Of a DNA stretch of 64,000 nt, positions 46,409-57,000 are shown one piece after another. This stretch comes from Candidatus Latescibacterota bacterium (lineage in GTDB: Bacteria > Latescibacterota > UBA2968 > UBA8231). Below the pieces are notes generated by a model that was not told the DNA's origin, ran no database searches, and worked only from the letters and a program-made list of their open reading frames with translations. The position numbers and the translations under genes are program-made. Every line of letters begins with the position of its first letter. Position 1 is the first letter of the stretch. The DNA is taken from positions 4,768,001 to 4,832,000 of the forward strand of contig CBDETY010000003.1 in assembly GCA_965243025.1 (NCBI GenBank). The letters run 5' to 3'.

Positions 46409-46769
46409 CGCTTTATTCCAAGACCCCTGACGAGGCGGGGAGGTAACGCGGAGATCCGACTTGCTCGGGATTTCCTGGTTTTCAGGGCTGTCTGATGGGT
46501 TTTCCAGCGCCAGTACATGGTCCCCCCTGCCTGGGAATGACCGGAGTACGTTCCTTGCCCCACCCTCGCAACGCGGCCTTATTTCCGAAGCTTGCAGCAG
46601 CAGTCCTCGCTGATTTTTTCCTTTGAACGGGGGCGTCCGGGATCTCAAACTCCTGCCAGCCCATCGGACGTCACCGCCAACCTGCTGACATCTTGAACGC
46701 CTCTTCGACGCAACGTTCCACCGCCTCAACCGATATGCGGGACGAGCGTTGGCAATCGGAATTCCCCGA

Positions 46770-47531
46770 ATGAGATTCAGCGCCGTCATTCCCGCCCGCA
46801 ACGCCCCGAACCTCCCGGCGGCGATCGACAGCTGCCTGAACCAGAGACTGAAGCCGCACGAGATCATCGTCATCGACGACGCCAGCCGCGAGCATCCCGT
46901 CGAATCGCTGCGAGAGCGATTTGCCGCCGAGTGCGACAGCGGTCTGCTGAAGATCATTACCCTCTCGACAAACCGCGGGCCCTCGGCAGCGAGAAACACC
47001 GGATGGGATGCGGCCACCGGGGACTTCGTCGCCTTCCTCGACGCCGACGACCGCTGGAATGAAGAAAAGCTGGCCGTTGTCGCTTCGTGGCTCACCGACA
47101 ATCCGGACATCGACTGGCTTGCCCACGGCTACGCGGTCGGTCCGACGGAGCCGGAGAATGGTGAGCCGGCTCCCGCCAGGCTTTCCCTGCGCCGGCTCCT
47201 GGTCTCGAATCCGGGCCAGACCTCCTCGGTTCTGCTGCGCCGCTCGATTTCCCAGCGGTTCGACGAGCGCATGCGGCACAGCGAGGATTACGATCTCTGG
47301 CTGCGGATCGCCGCGGCCGGCAATGGCTGCTACTTCTCACCTGCAAAGCTGACCGCGCTGGGCCGTCCCCAGCTTACGGCCGGCGGCCTCAGCGAGAATC
47401 GCCGGGCGATGCGAAAGGGGGAGATGCGAGCCTTCCTTCACCTGATCGCCGCCCGCCCGATTCTGGCCCCCTTGCTTCCCCTTCTCACTGCCTGGTCCCT
47501 GCTCAAACATTTCCGCAAGGCGATCTCCTGA
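46770..47531 (+). CDS. Glycosyltransferase family 2
   Basis: SAVIPA.N, VIDDAS, GPSAARN.G, FLDADD, EDYDLWLR. Confidence 0.92.
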   Translation: MRFSAVIPARNAPNLPAAIDSCLNQRLKPHEIIVIDDASREHPVESLRERFAAECDSGLLKIITLSTNRGPSAARNTGWDAATGDFVAFLDADDRWNEEKLAVVASWLTDNPDIDWLAHGYAVGPTEPENGEPAPARLSLRRLLVSNPGQTSSVLLRRSISQRFDERMRHSEDYDLWLRIAAAGNGCYFSPAKLTALGRPQLTAGGLSENRRAMRKGEMRAFLHLIAARPILAPLLPLLTAWSLLKHFRKAIS

Positions 47532-47593
47532 AGGGGCCGGGCAGGAAATCCGGCAAAGTCGTGGCCTGCTCGGCGGCTTAACCGCAATGCAGG

Positions 47594-48535
47594 TTACAGT
47601 TCGTTCCTCCCTCCTTCCCTTTCCTTTTCTATCAGCGCTTTGATGTCCAGGCCGTCGATGGTCAAGCCTTCTATGGAACAGTTTTCCAATTTTACATTGC
47701 TCAGATTTACACGCCGAAAATGAGAATCCGACAGATCCATATGAATAAAGTGGCTATCCTGCATGGTGCAGTGTTCGAAGGTGATGTTTCTGGCCGGGGT
47801 ATGATCTCCTCCTCCCGTATTTCGAAAACTGACCCGGTTGATGTTGACATAGTCGAAATTGGCACCGGTCAAATCGATGTGGCGAAATACTGCCTCGCTC
47901 ATGTCCACGAACTCGAGGGTGGCCCCAGGAATTCCCTTGTTCCTGATCTCCATGACGATCTCCTTTTCCAAGTGGATGTCAAAGCCGGAAAGCTGCAGAA
48001 ATGGGTTTTTCTTCAATTGTTTGCGGGCCTCATGCAACCGCCGTTTTACCGTGCCTGTTGGAATATCCATCCATGCCGAAATGTCTTCTACTGAAAACGC
48101 GAAGAAATAGTGAAGAAGCACAGGCTCTCGAAAAATGGGTGAAAGATTGGCCAAGGCCTTCCACAAATTTTCCCCGGCTTCTCGTTGTTCGAGGCTACTG
48201 TGAGGATTTGGGTTGTCATCCTCAGCTCGCTCGGAGAGGATCCTTTCCCGACCTCTCTTCTCCAAGGTCTTCAGGCAGGTGTTGTAGAGTATGGTCCTTA
48301 CCCATGCTCCAAACCGATCCCTTTTTTTCAGGGAGTTCAGCGACAGGTACGCATTGACAAAGGCATCGTGGACACTTTCTCCAGCCTGTCTGTGATCTCG
48401 GAGCCTCGAACAGGCCATTGCCCACAAGACCTGCTGATAGCGCTGGACAAGCAGGCCATACTGGTCCACATCTCCGTTCAATACCGCACGTACGATATCC
48501 TCGTCTCGTTTCTCGCTGCCGACATGTTGGACCAT
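47594..48535 (-). CDS. ECF sigma factor with C-terminal pentapeptide-repeat domain (low GC)
   Basis: DEDIV, LVQRYQ, FGAW, GTVKRRLHEARKQL; DMSEA/DLTGA/DLSDS/NLSNV repeats. Confidence 0.88.
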   Translation of the reverse strand: MVQHVGSEKRDEDIVRAVLNGDVDQYGLLVQRYQQVLWAMACSRLRDHRQAGESVHDAFVNAYLSLNSLKKRDRFGAWVRTILYNTCLKTLEKRGRERILSERAEDDNPNPHSSLEQREAGENLWKALANLSPIFREPVLLHYFFAFSVEDISAWMDIPTGTVKRRLHEARKQLKKNPFLQLSGFDIHLEKEIVMEIRNKGIPGATLEFVDMSEAVFRHIDLTGANFDYVNINRVSFRNTGGGDHTPARNITFEHCTMQDSHFIHMDLSDSHFRRVNLSNVKLENCSIEGLTIDGLDIKALIEKEREGGRNEL

Positions 48536-48628
48536 GGGTAGTGTTCCCTCAGGGGTTACCAGTTAGATCCTGAAGTCGGAGATTGGTTCGCCAGAAATGG
48601 ATTTCATACCTCACGCCGTGAATACACC

Positions 48629-50395
48629 GTGCCCGGAATAGTCGGATTCACCGCGCCCGCGGGCTGGAGCGATGAGGATGCCGGCGCCGCCCTGCTCAAG
48701 ATGCGGGACGCACTCCAGTACTGCGAAAAGCACCAGGCCGGCCCCTGCCTCTCCTTCCCCGGGGTGCGGGGGTCCTGTGTTTCCACCAACCCGCACCAGG
48801 AACAGGTCTTCAGCACTCCCGACCTCACCGTCTGGATGGACGGCGAATGCTGGACCGGGGACGAGAGCGCCCCCATTCCCGGGGCCGGGGCCGCGTCCTG
48901 CCCGGCGCTCCTCCACGCTCTGTTCCGAACCGACGACCCCCTTTCCGCGCTCGCCGCCCTGGACGGCACCTTCGCCGCGGCGGTGTATGACGCCCGCGCC
49001 CGGAAGGTCCACCTCGTCTCCGACCGCTGCGGGCTGCGCCAGCTCTGCTGGACCCGCCGCGGAGACTTTTTCGCCTGGGGGACGGAGTCCAAGGCCCTGC
49101 TGCACCTGCCCGGGTTCAGCCCCGTCCTCGACCCCCTGTCCCTGGAGGCCTTCCTCGGCATCGGCTACCTCGTGGGAAACCGCACCTGGCTGGAAAACGT
49201 CGAGCGGCTGGCGCCTGCCACCTGCCTGACCTGGGACCTCCGCGAGCGGACGATACAGGAACGGCGCTACTGGGATTGGGGGAGGGTTTCTCCCGACATC
49301 GGCAAGGCCTCCCCCCGGGAGCTGGCCGAAGAGCTGGGCCGGCGGTTCGCGCGGGGGGTCGAACGGCGCTGCGGATCGGGAGAGCGCGTCGGCCTTGCCC
49401 TCAGCGGCGGCCTCGACTCCCGGGCGATCCTGGCCGCCATGCCGCAGGGCAGGGAGCCGGTCCCTGTCCTGACCTTCGGCTCCGGGAACAGCAGCGAGGT
49501 CCGCATCGCCGCCATGGCCGCGGCGCGCAAGGGGGCCAGGCACCACACCTTCGAGATCGGTCCCGGGAACTGGTTTCTCCCCCGCATCGGCGGAGTCTGG
49601 GCAACCGACGGCGAGCTCGACCTCTACCACATGCACGGCGTCGAGTACCCCGGCCTGGGGGACCTGTTCGCAACCGCCCTGTCGGGGGCGGGCGGAGACG
49701 GAATCGTCGGGGGCGGCCACCTGTTCGAAGCAGCCGGCTTTTCCGATTACGCCCGCAACGTGCTCTATCTCGACCCGGAGCGTTCCCCCGCCCTCGCCGC
49801 GGTCCTCGAGGAGGAGTTTTCCCGCGCCGGCTCGGCGCACGCCCTTTACATCACCCACCGCATGCGCTGCTTCACCCTCCACGGCCTGCGGCTGTGGATC
49901 GCCAGGGGCGCCGACTACCGACTCCCCTTTCTCGACAACCGGTTTCAGGAGCTGCTCTTCGCCACCCCCACCGCCCTGAAACGGCACAACCGGCTCTACC
50001 GGACCATGCTTCTGGCCGCCTTCCCCGACTACTTCAAGGACATCCCCTGGCAGGCCACCGGGCTGCCTCTTTCCTGGCCGATGTGGGCAGTCCGGACGCG
50101 CGCAAAGCTCCGCGGGCTGGGGAGACGGCTGGGTTTGCGGGGACGGGGCGAGCGCACCGGCCTTTTCGATTACCCCGGATGGATCCGCACGGAACCGGCC
50201 CGCGGCACCTTCTCCGGGCTGCTGGCAAATCCCGGCGCCCTGTATCGTGACTACATTTCAGGGAACCAAGTGACCGCCGCGCTCGAGGAGCACCTGAACG
50301 GGAGCGACCACAGCCGGCAGCTCTGCCGCTACCTGACGCTCGAGCTCTGGCTCCAGCAGGTTTTCGAGGGCCGCTGGCGGCAGGGACCTGAGTGA
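48629..50395 (+). CDS. Asparagine synthetase-like amidotransferase lacking the N-terminal Cys
   Basis: Starts MPGIVG; DGTFA, DRCGLR, LSGGLDSR PP-loop, GAGGD, RLPFLD. Confidence 0.85.
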   Translation: MPGIVGFTAPAGWSDEDAGAALLKMRDALQYCEKHQAGPCLSFPGVRGSCVSTNPHQEQVFSTPDLTVWMDGECWTGDESAPIPGAGAASCPALLHALFRTDDPLSALAALDGTFAAAVYDARARKVHLVSDRCGLRQLCWTRRGDFFAWGTESKALLHLPGFSPVLDPLSLEAFLGIGYLVGNRTWLENVERLAPATCLTWDLRERTIQERRYWDWGRVSPDIGKASPRELAEELGRRFARGVERRCGSGERVGLALSGGLDSRAILAAMPQGREPVPVLTFGSGNSSEVRIAAMAAARKGARHHTFEIGPGNWFLPRIGGVWATDGELDLYHMHGVEYPGLGDLFATALSGAGGDGIVGGGHLFEAAGFSDYARNVLYLDPERSPALAAVLEEEFSRAGSAHALYITHRMRCFTLHGLRLWIARGADYRLPFLDNRFQELLFATPTALKRHNRLYRTMLLAAFPDYFKDIPWQATGLPLSWPMWAVRTRAKLRGLGRRLGLRGRGERTGLFDYPGWIRTEPARGTFSGLLANPGALYRDYISGNQVTAALEEHLNGSDHSRQLCRYLTLELWLQQVFEGRWRQGPE

Positions 50396-50432
50396 GCTTC
50401 CAACCAGATCGACTACAAGGGAACGATTCCCC

Positions 50433-51245
50433 ATGACGAGAAACGACGAGGAAACGCTGCATCCCCCGGCCATCAGCGAGAGCGAGCTGTCGTACTGGCG
50501 GGAGAACGGCTACGTCCGCCTCGGCCGGGCGGCGCCCCTTGCCCGGATCGAGGCGCTGTGCGAACGCATCGACGAGATCATGCTGGGAAAGGTGAGTTAC
50601 CCGGACATGCTGATGCAGCTCTGTCCGTCGGTCGGCAACCCCGAGAAGGCGAAGCAGACCAAGGTGTTCAAGGGCTCCACTCTCAAGTACCGCAAGATCC
50701 AGGACCTCGAGCAGGATCCGCTGTTTCTCGCCTACATCCGGCAGCCCCTGTTCCGCGACATAACCCGCAGGATCATCGGCGAAAGGGTCTCGTCGTTCCG
50801 CTCGATGTTCATGAACAAGCCTTCTGGACGAGGGACCTTGCTCAACTGGCACCAGGACGGGACCGGCAGCTGGGGCTTGAGCATCTCACCGGTGGTCACC
50901 ATCTGGACGGCGCTCGACGCGACCTCGGTGGCCAACGGCTGCCTGCAGATAGTCCCGGGGTCCCACAAGTCGATGATCAACGCCAATCACGACCAGCTCT
51001 ACCCGGAACAGATTCCCGTGCACGCTTCGGACGACAAGCGGCTGCACCTCGAACTGGAAAAGGGAGAGGTGGTGCTCCTGCACAACTGGACCCTGCACCG
51101 CTCCGAGCCCAACACCACGGACCGGCCGCGCCGTGCTTTCAGCGTCTGCTACGTAGACGCCGACACCGTCCACAACGAAACAGGGAAAACCTGGCCCCAG
51201 GTGTTTCCGGAGTTTGTTCCCGTAGCCGCGGAGGTGGCGGCCTGA
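50433..51245 (+). CDS. Phytanoyl-CoA dioxygenase (PhyH) family
   Basis: ENGY, NKP, WHQD, WTALD, NGCL..VPGSH, LHRS.PN..RR. Confidence 0.92.
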   Translation: MTRNDEETLHPPAISESELSYWRENGYVRLGRAAPLARIEALCERIDEIMLGKVSYPDMLMQLCPSVGNPEKAKQTKVFKGSTLKYRKIQDLEQDPLFLAYIRQPLFRDITRRIIGERVSSFRSMFMNKPSGRGTLLNWHQDGTGSWGLSISPVVTIWTALDATSVANGCLQIVPGSHKSMINANHDQLYPEQIPVHASDDKRLHLELEKGEVVLLHNWTLHRSEPNTTDRPRRAFSVCYVDADTVHNETGKTWPQVFPEFVPVAAEVAA

Positions 51246-51396
51246 CTTACCCTGTCGAGAACCGGACGGCAGCGGTTTTCCGGGTTGGTTCCCGGCATTT
51301 TCGGATGCCGGCGCGCGCATCTTCGACCTCGAGGCTGGTGACACGGACGGAGCGCCCGTTGCCGCCCCCGATTTGGACCCCTCTTCAATAGACCCC

Positions 51397-52182
51397 TCAA
51401 GCCGAGGCGCCGGAATAGTGGCGCACCCCGATCTTCCAGAACAGCCGCGAGACCACGAGCAGGACCAGGGCCAGCACCGCGGTACCGATCAGGAAATCCG
51501 CGGTGAGCCGCCCCACCAACGCCTGCGCCGGCACGGTAACCGCGAAGGTCACCGGGACGAGGAACGTAAGCGCCGCCCGCAGCCACCCCGGGTAGATGGT
51601 GACCGGCCAGCGCGCCGCCTCGTACATGCCGTGGAAGACCATCAGGATGTTCTCGATGCGGATGAACCAGAACGAGATGGTCGCCAGTATCAGCCAGAAG
51701 CTGTACATGATCACGCTCCCGGCTGACAGCGCGATACCGAACTTCACCGCCGCCTCCGGGCCGGCGCCCCGCCCCAGGTAGTACAGCGCCGCGGCGATGA
51801 TGACGGGGCCGGCGGCGACGTCGAGGAGGCGCCAGACCCGCACCTGGCCGACGCTGACCAGCAACTGCGCCTCCTCCGGCTTGGTCAGGGTGAAGTCGAG
51901 GGTCCCTTCCCGCACGTCTTCGATGAACCTCTCCATGCTCGGCTGAATCACCACGCCGATCAGCCCCCCCATCAGCACGAACACTCCCAGCAGCGCCACT
52001 ATTTCGGCGGGCTGCCAGCCGTTGAGATCGTCCGTATGGCCGAAAACGACGGCGACCGCCCCTATCGACCAGGCGAAGTTGAAGCCGGTCTTGAACAGCT
52101 GAAGCAGGAAGTTCGCCCGGTACTGCAGCTCGTTGAGCAGACCGATGCGAAAGAAGACGCAGAGCAGCCGCAGGATGCTCAT
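51397..52182 (-). CDS. ABC-2 type permease
   Basis: QYRANF, GW, GTLDF.LTKP, P..IYP; coupled trio. Confidence 0.88.
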   Translation of the reverse strand: MSILRLLCVFFRIGLLNELQYRANFLLQLFKTGFNFAWSIGAVAVVFGHTDDLNGWQPAEIVALLGVFVLMGGLIGVVIQPSMERFIEDVREGTLDFTLTKPEEAQLLVSVGQVRVWRLLDVAAGPVIIAAALYYLGRGAGPEAAVKFGIALSAGSVIMYSFWLILATISFWFIRIENILMVFHGMYEAARWPVTIYPGWLRAALTFLVPVTFAVTVPAQALVGRLTADFLIGTAVLALVLLVVSRLFWKIGVRHYSGASA

Positions 52183-52982
52183 GCTCCCACCGCCGAGTAT
52201 CTCTTCACGGCGCGGTTCCAGGACAGGCTCAGCACGGCCAGCGCCAGGACCAGCCACGCCCCCTGGGCGATGAAGCCGTCGACCGCTTCCCGCGGGGTCA
52301 GGCGCCCGAGAAGGAGCTCGACGGGAAACGCCACCATCCACTTGAAAGGCAGCACCCCCGCGGCTTTCTGCACCCACTCCGGCATCAGCGACAGCGGCGC
52401 CATCCTGCCGGCCAGGAAGGTCACCGCGATGAAGTAGACCTGGTTCAGACCGGAAGTGTCGGTGATCCAGAAGGCGAGAAGGGCAACCGTCCACTCGACG
52501 AGAAAGCGGACGAGAAAGGCGAGCACGAGGGCGGGCAGAAAAGCGCCCCATGCCCAGGCCGAAGACGGGAACGACGGTTCGAAGAACCAGACGAGGAAGG
52601 CGGCGACCGGAAGCATGACCGACAGGGTCAGCAGCTTGTACGACACGTTCTCGGACAGGTCGCGGTGCAGCGGGTGCAGGGGCTGCAGCAGAATTGGGGA
52701 AAAGGAGCCGCTGCGGACGCGCCATCCCATCTCGAACATGTGCCAGTCGAAGGTCACGTGACTGACCAGCATGAAGGCGATGTAGTAGGCGGCCAGCGCG
52801 CCCTTGTCGAAGTCGCCGACGGTGCCCCCCCGGGCCTCGGCGACCGTCAGCCAGACCACGAGGTAGACGACCGGTTGCAGCACCCCGAAGATGAGGTAGA
52901 TCAGCATCGCCGCCCGGTACTGCATCATCACCGCCAGGTCGGTCTTCACCAGGACGCCGTAGATGCGGCCCAGGGCGGTCAT
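52179..52982 (-). CDS. ABC-2 type permease
   Basis: QYRA, VRSG.FS..LLQP, PLSLMPEW, LPF..FPV; ATGA overlaps. Confidence 0.88.
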   Translation of the reverse strand: MTALGRIYGVLVKTDLAVMMQYRAAMLIYLIFGVLQPVVYLVVWLTVAEARGGTVGDFDKGALAAYYIAFMLVSHVTFDWHMFEMGWRVRSGSFSPILLQPLHPLHRDLSENVSYKLLTLSVMLPVAAFLVWFFEPSFPSSAWAWGAFLPALVLAFLVRFLVEWTVALLAFWITDTSGLNQVYFIAVTFLAGRMAPLSLMPEWVQKAAGVLPFKWMVAFPVELLLGRLTPREAVDGFIAQGAWLVLALAVLSLSWNRAVKRYSAVGA

Positions 52983-53968
52983 GGCGCCTCCTGCGCGAAC
53001 ACCTGTTCGATCACTCCCTCGATCGGCGGATCCTCGACCGTGAGGTCGGCCACCGGCAGCTCCGCCAGCAGCTCTCCGGTGACGCGCGCGGTCTCCTCCT
53101 TGGGCACCAGCAGGGTATGCCGCAGCCCTTCGCTGGCGACCATCTCCCCGAACCGGGTGACGTCGATTCCTTCCCTTTCCAACTCGACGACAATCGTCTT
53201 GTGGGGAGCGAAACCCGCCACGAGGTCGGCGAGATCGCCGTCGAACAGCAGCTGCCCGTGGTGGATGACGACGACGCGCTGGCAGAGGGCTTCGACGTCG
53301 GCCATGTAGTGGCTCGTCAACAGGACGGTGGCGTTGAAGATCCGGTTGTACTCGGCGATGAAGGCGCGAATGCGGCGCTGCATGGTGACGTCGAGTCCGA
53401 TGGTCGGTTCGTCGAGAAAGAGGATCTTGGGCCGGTGCAGCAGCGCCGCGGCGATTTCGCACTTCATCCGCTCCCCGAGGGAGAGGTTGCGCACCGGTTT
53501 GTCGAGCAGCTCTCCGAGCTCGAGCAGGTCGGTCAGGCCTGCCACCGTCTCCCGGAACGACGCGGACGGCAGCCGGTAGATGGCGCGGTTGCGCTCGAAG
53601 GAATCGGAAACGGGAATGTCCCAGATCAGCTGGTTGCGATTTCCCATGACCAGGGTGATCTGCCTGAGGAAATCGCGCTCGCGGCGGTACGGCTCGTGGC
53701 CGAGAACGGATGCCTTCCCGGCGTCGGGATTGAGCAGGCCGGACAGCATCTTGAGAGTCGTCGTCTTGCCGGCCCCGTTGGGCCCCAGGAAGCCGACCAC
53801 CTCTCCGGCGGCGACGGAGAAGGAGATCTCCCTTACCGCCTCGACGTCGCGGGTCTCGCGTCTGAAGATGCTCCTGAAGGCGTTGGCCAGGCCCGGTTGG
53901 CGGACCGGAACCCGGTAGGTCTTCGACATACCGTCGACGGCGATCATGGGCGCGTGGTTTTCAGTCAC
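52979..53968 (-). CDS. ABC transporter ATP-binding protein
   Basis: GPNGAGKTT, LSLGERM, LDEPT, TSH. Confidence 0.94.
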   Translation of the reverse strand: MTENHAPMIAVDGMSKTYRVPVRQPGLANAFRSIFRRETRDVEAVREISFSVAAGEVVGFLGPNGAGKTTTLKMLSGLLNPDAGKASVLGHEPYRRERDFLRQITLVMGNRNQLIWDIPVSDSFERNRAIYRLPSASFRETVAGLTDLLELGELLDKPVRNLSLGERMKCEIAAALLHRPKILFLDEPTIGLDVTMQRRIRAFIAEYNRIFNATVLLTSHYMADVEALCQRVVVIHHGQLLFDGDLADLVAGFAPHKTIVVELEREGIDVTRFGEMVASEGLRHTLLVPKEETARVTGELLAELPVADLTVEDPPIEGVIEQVFAQEAP

Positions 53969-54022
53969 TGCATTCTTCTCCCGGTTCGAGCCGCTTGCTT
54001 CCCGCGGCGGCCGGTTTCGAGG

Positions 54023-57000
54023 CTACTCCCTTTTCAGGGCCGGCAGCAGCCGCTGGCGCAGGGCAAACCCCGAAGCGGCCGCTCCCGCTGCAACCCCGAA
54101 CGCCAGCACCGCCGCCAGGGTCACGGCCAGCGATCCCCAGGGCACTCCGCCCAGGTGCCCTGCGAGGTGGGGGGCGACGGCGACGAGGGCGGCAACGGTT
54201 CCGATGGCGCCCCCGGCCAGCAGCAGGAACGCATTCTCCAGCACCAGGATGCTGCGCAGGCGGGCGCGGCTGAACCCGCAGGCGCGCCAGGCCGCCAGCT
54301 CGCCGCTGCGCTCGATGGCGTTGCGCAGCAGCACCAGGGCCAGCCCGACCGTTCCCAGCAACAGCCCGAGCCCCCCCAGGGTCTGGAAGGTCGAAAGGTA
54401 GGTGTTCTCCACCGCCCCGAAGCGCGCCAGCAGGGACGCGGTGCCCGTCGCCTCGAGGCCGTACGCCTGCAACCGCCGCTCGAGGAGGGCGGCGGTCTCG
54501 TCCGGCTCCTGCTGTCCCCCCTCGACGAGGAAGTACCGGTAGCCTTCGGCGCCCGGAAAACGGCGCTTGAACTGCTCCTCCGATACCAGGATCTCGCTCT
54601 GGAAGATGCTGCCCTGGAGCAGCCCGACCAGGCGCAGGCTCAGCTCGCCTCCGGCCTCGTCGGCGAGGAGGATCTCCTCCCCGAGGCCGGAGTGGAGGAT
54701 CCAGCGCACGGAGTTGTAGTCGCCGATCGCCGGCACCACCCCGGGCTCTAGCTCTTCGTTGAGCAGCTCCCAGGGGTTGGACCCGGCTTCCGGGGCAACC
54801 TGCGCGAAGCGGAAACCGCCGCGCTCGATGAAGTCCGCCGGCAGGCCGAGCAGGGTGGGCCGCGCCGGTTTGTAGAGGTTGAGGCAGCTCGCGTCCTCTC
54901 CGGGAGAGCCGCGCAGGCGGAAGATCCGGGAGCCGTCGAGCCGGGCCCGCTCCTCCGGCGTGAACCCCTCCTCGATCAGCGCGTCGCCGCTGTCGAGATC
55001 GGCGAACACCGGGATGTCGGATTTCGCCCTCACCGCGTAGCCGCCGGTTCCCGAGTCCTTGGCGAGCGCGTCCGGCCCCGGCAGGCCGGCGCGGCGGTTG
55101 GCCGCCACCGCAACGATCGCGAAGCAGGCGCAGGCCACCAGGCCGGCGGCGAGCAGGCTGCGCCCCGGCTGGCGCCGCGTCGATGTGACCGCCAGCCCGA
55201 GGGTCGACAATGGCGGCCCGGAGGCGGGGCTTCCTCCTGCTCTCAGCCAGCTCGCAAACCCGGCCACCCCGGCGGCGAGGAGCAGCGCCCCGCTGGCGAA
55301 GAAGAGGCCGCTGGCTGCCGTGACCGAGGCAAGCGATCCGGCTGCGGACAGGGCGAGCGCCGCGGCCGCAGCCCCGGCGGCGAACAGGAACGCCCCCCTT
55401 CCGCGGCCGGCGAACGAACGGGAGGTTTCCCCGGCGAGCAGGGCGCGGGGCGCCAGGCGGCCGAGGCTCCTCACCGTCCAGGCGACGAGCGCGGCGGCGA
55501 CGATCAGCGAGGCGGCACAGCCGATGGCGAGGGTAGCCGGGGTGACGGTCAGGGACAGGTGCGAAGTGCCGACGGCATCGCGCCACAAGGTGCGCAGCCC
55601 GGCCATCATCAGCCCGGCGTATGCGGCGGCGCCCGCCGTTCCGACCAGGCCGCCGAGGGCGGCGACCGCCAGACCTTCCCCGAGGAACCGCCGGCGCACG
55701 CGGGCCAACGGCATTCCCACGGCGCGGAGAAGCCCCATCTCGCGGGCCCGCTGCTCGACCCCGAGACGGAACAGGAGCCCCGTCAGCATCGCCGCGGCGG
55801 CGATCAGGAACAGGCTGAAGCCGATGAAGAGCCCGCCGAAATCCGTTGCCCCCTCGGCTGCCTTCAGGCTGCGCTCGCGCACCGGAATGAAGCTCATCCC
55901 CAGGCGTTGCGGCTGCACGGCGGCGAGAAAGGCGCGCTCGAATTCCGCGGCCGCGGCGGCCGGCTCCTCCCCCGGCCTGGCGCCGAGTCGAAGGGAGGTG
56001 AGGCTGCCGTGGCGGCTGCCCCACAGCTTTTTCCCGGTGGCCTCGGAAACGAACGCTTTCGGCGCCGCCCCGTGCTCGTCCCAGTACGCCTCGTCCCTGG
56101 GCCGGATGCGGCCGAAATCGAGCGGGAACGGCGGCGACCAGGCGGACATGTCGCCGGCTTCCTGAATGCCGGGATAGCGGGGGGTCAGCTCGCGGTCGGC
56201 GGCGAGGCCGCGCATCTGCAGAACGGCGGCGACCCGCAGGCGGACGGAGTTTTCCGACAGCCGCTCCCCTTCGTCGACGACGAAGTACTCCAGGCGCAGG
56301 GAGTCCCCCGCGGCGACGGCGAGGTCCGCAGCCGCCCACCCGTCGAGGGCGATCTCACCTTCCCGCAAGGGCGGCAACGGCCCGCCGCCGGACAGCAGCA
56401 GCTCACCGAAACCGCCGCCGAAGGCGCTCTCCCCGAGAGCGGAGACCGTCGAGTACGGCAGCGAGCGCCCGCCCGCCGACAGGCTGTTGGCGAGGTAGGT
56501 GAAGACGGTCAGTTGCGGAATGCCCAGCTCGGAGGCGACCGCTTTTGCCAGATCGGCGGTCCCGTCATCGATGATGAACTGCTCGCTCTCGAGGGCGAAG
56601 ACGCCGCCCCCCGGCAGCTCCCGCAGCACCAGTCCGAGGTCGGTGAAAGCGAAGGCGGCTTTCAGGTCCCTTTGCAGGGCGTCGGAGGCGGCGGGGCCAG
56701 AGACCCCCGGATACCTGGCCAGCAGCCCGTTAGCCCTGCCCGGGAGTCCCAGCTCCCGCTGCAGGTCCCCCAGGTCGAGGTAGACGTTGTAGGGGGCGGC
56801 CTGGTGGGGATGCAGCCCGAAGCCGCCGGCCCCGCGGTCCGGCACGACCGCGGCGACGACCGCCCGCAGGGTCTGCACCACGTCCTCGGAGGAGCGGCGC
56901 CCGAACACGGTCGCGCGCGGCACCTCGGCGCGGCGGGGCAGCGCCAGCAGCACCGCGTCCCCGGGGCCGGCGCCGAGCTCTGCGGCCAGCCCGTTCAGAA

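Noticed and set aside
48629-50395. Possible lasso-peptide cyclase
   Set aside because: No precursor, RRE/PqqD or B2 protease gene nearby; the neighbour is a GT2
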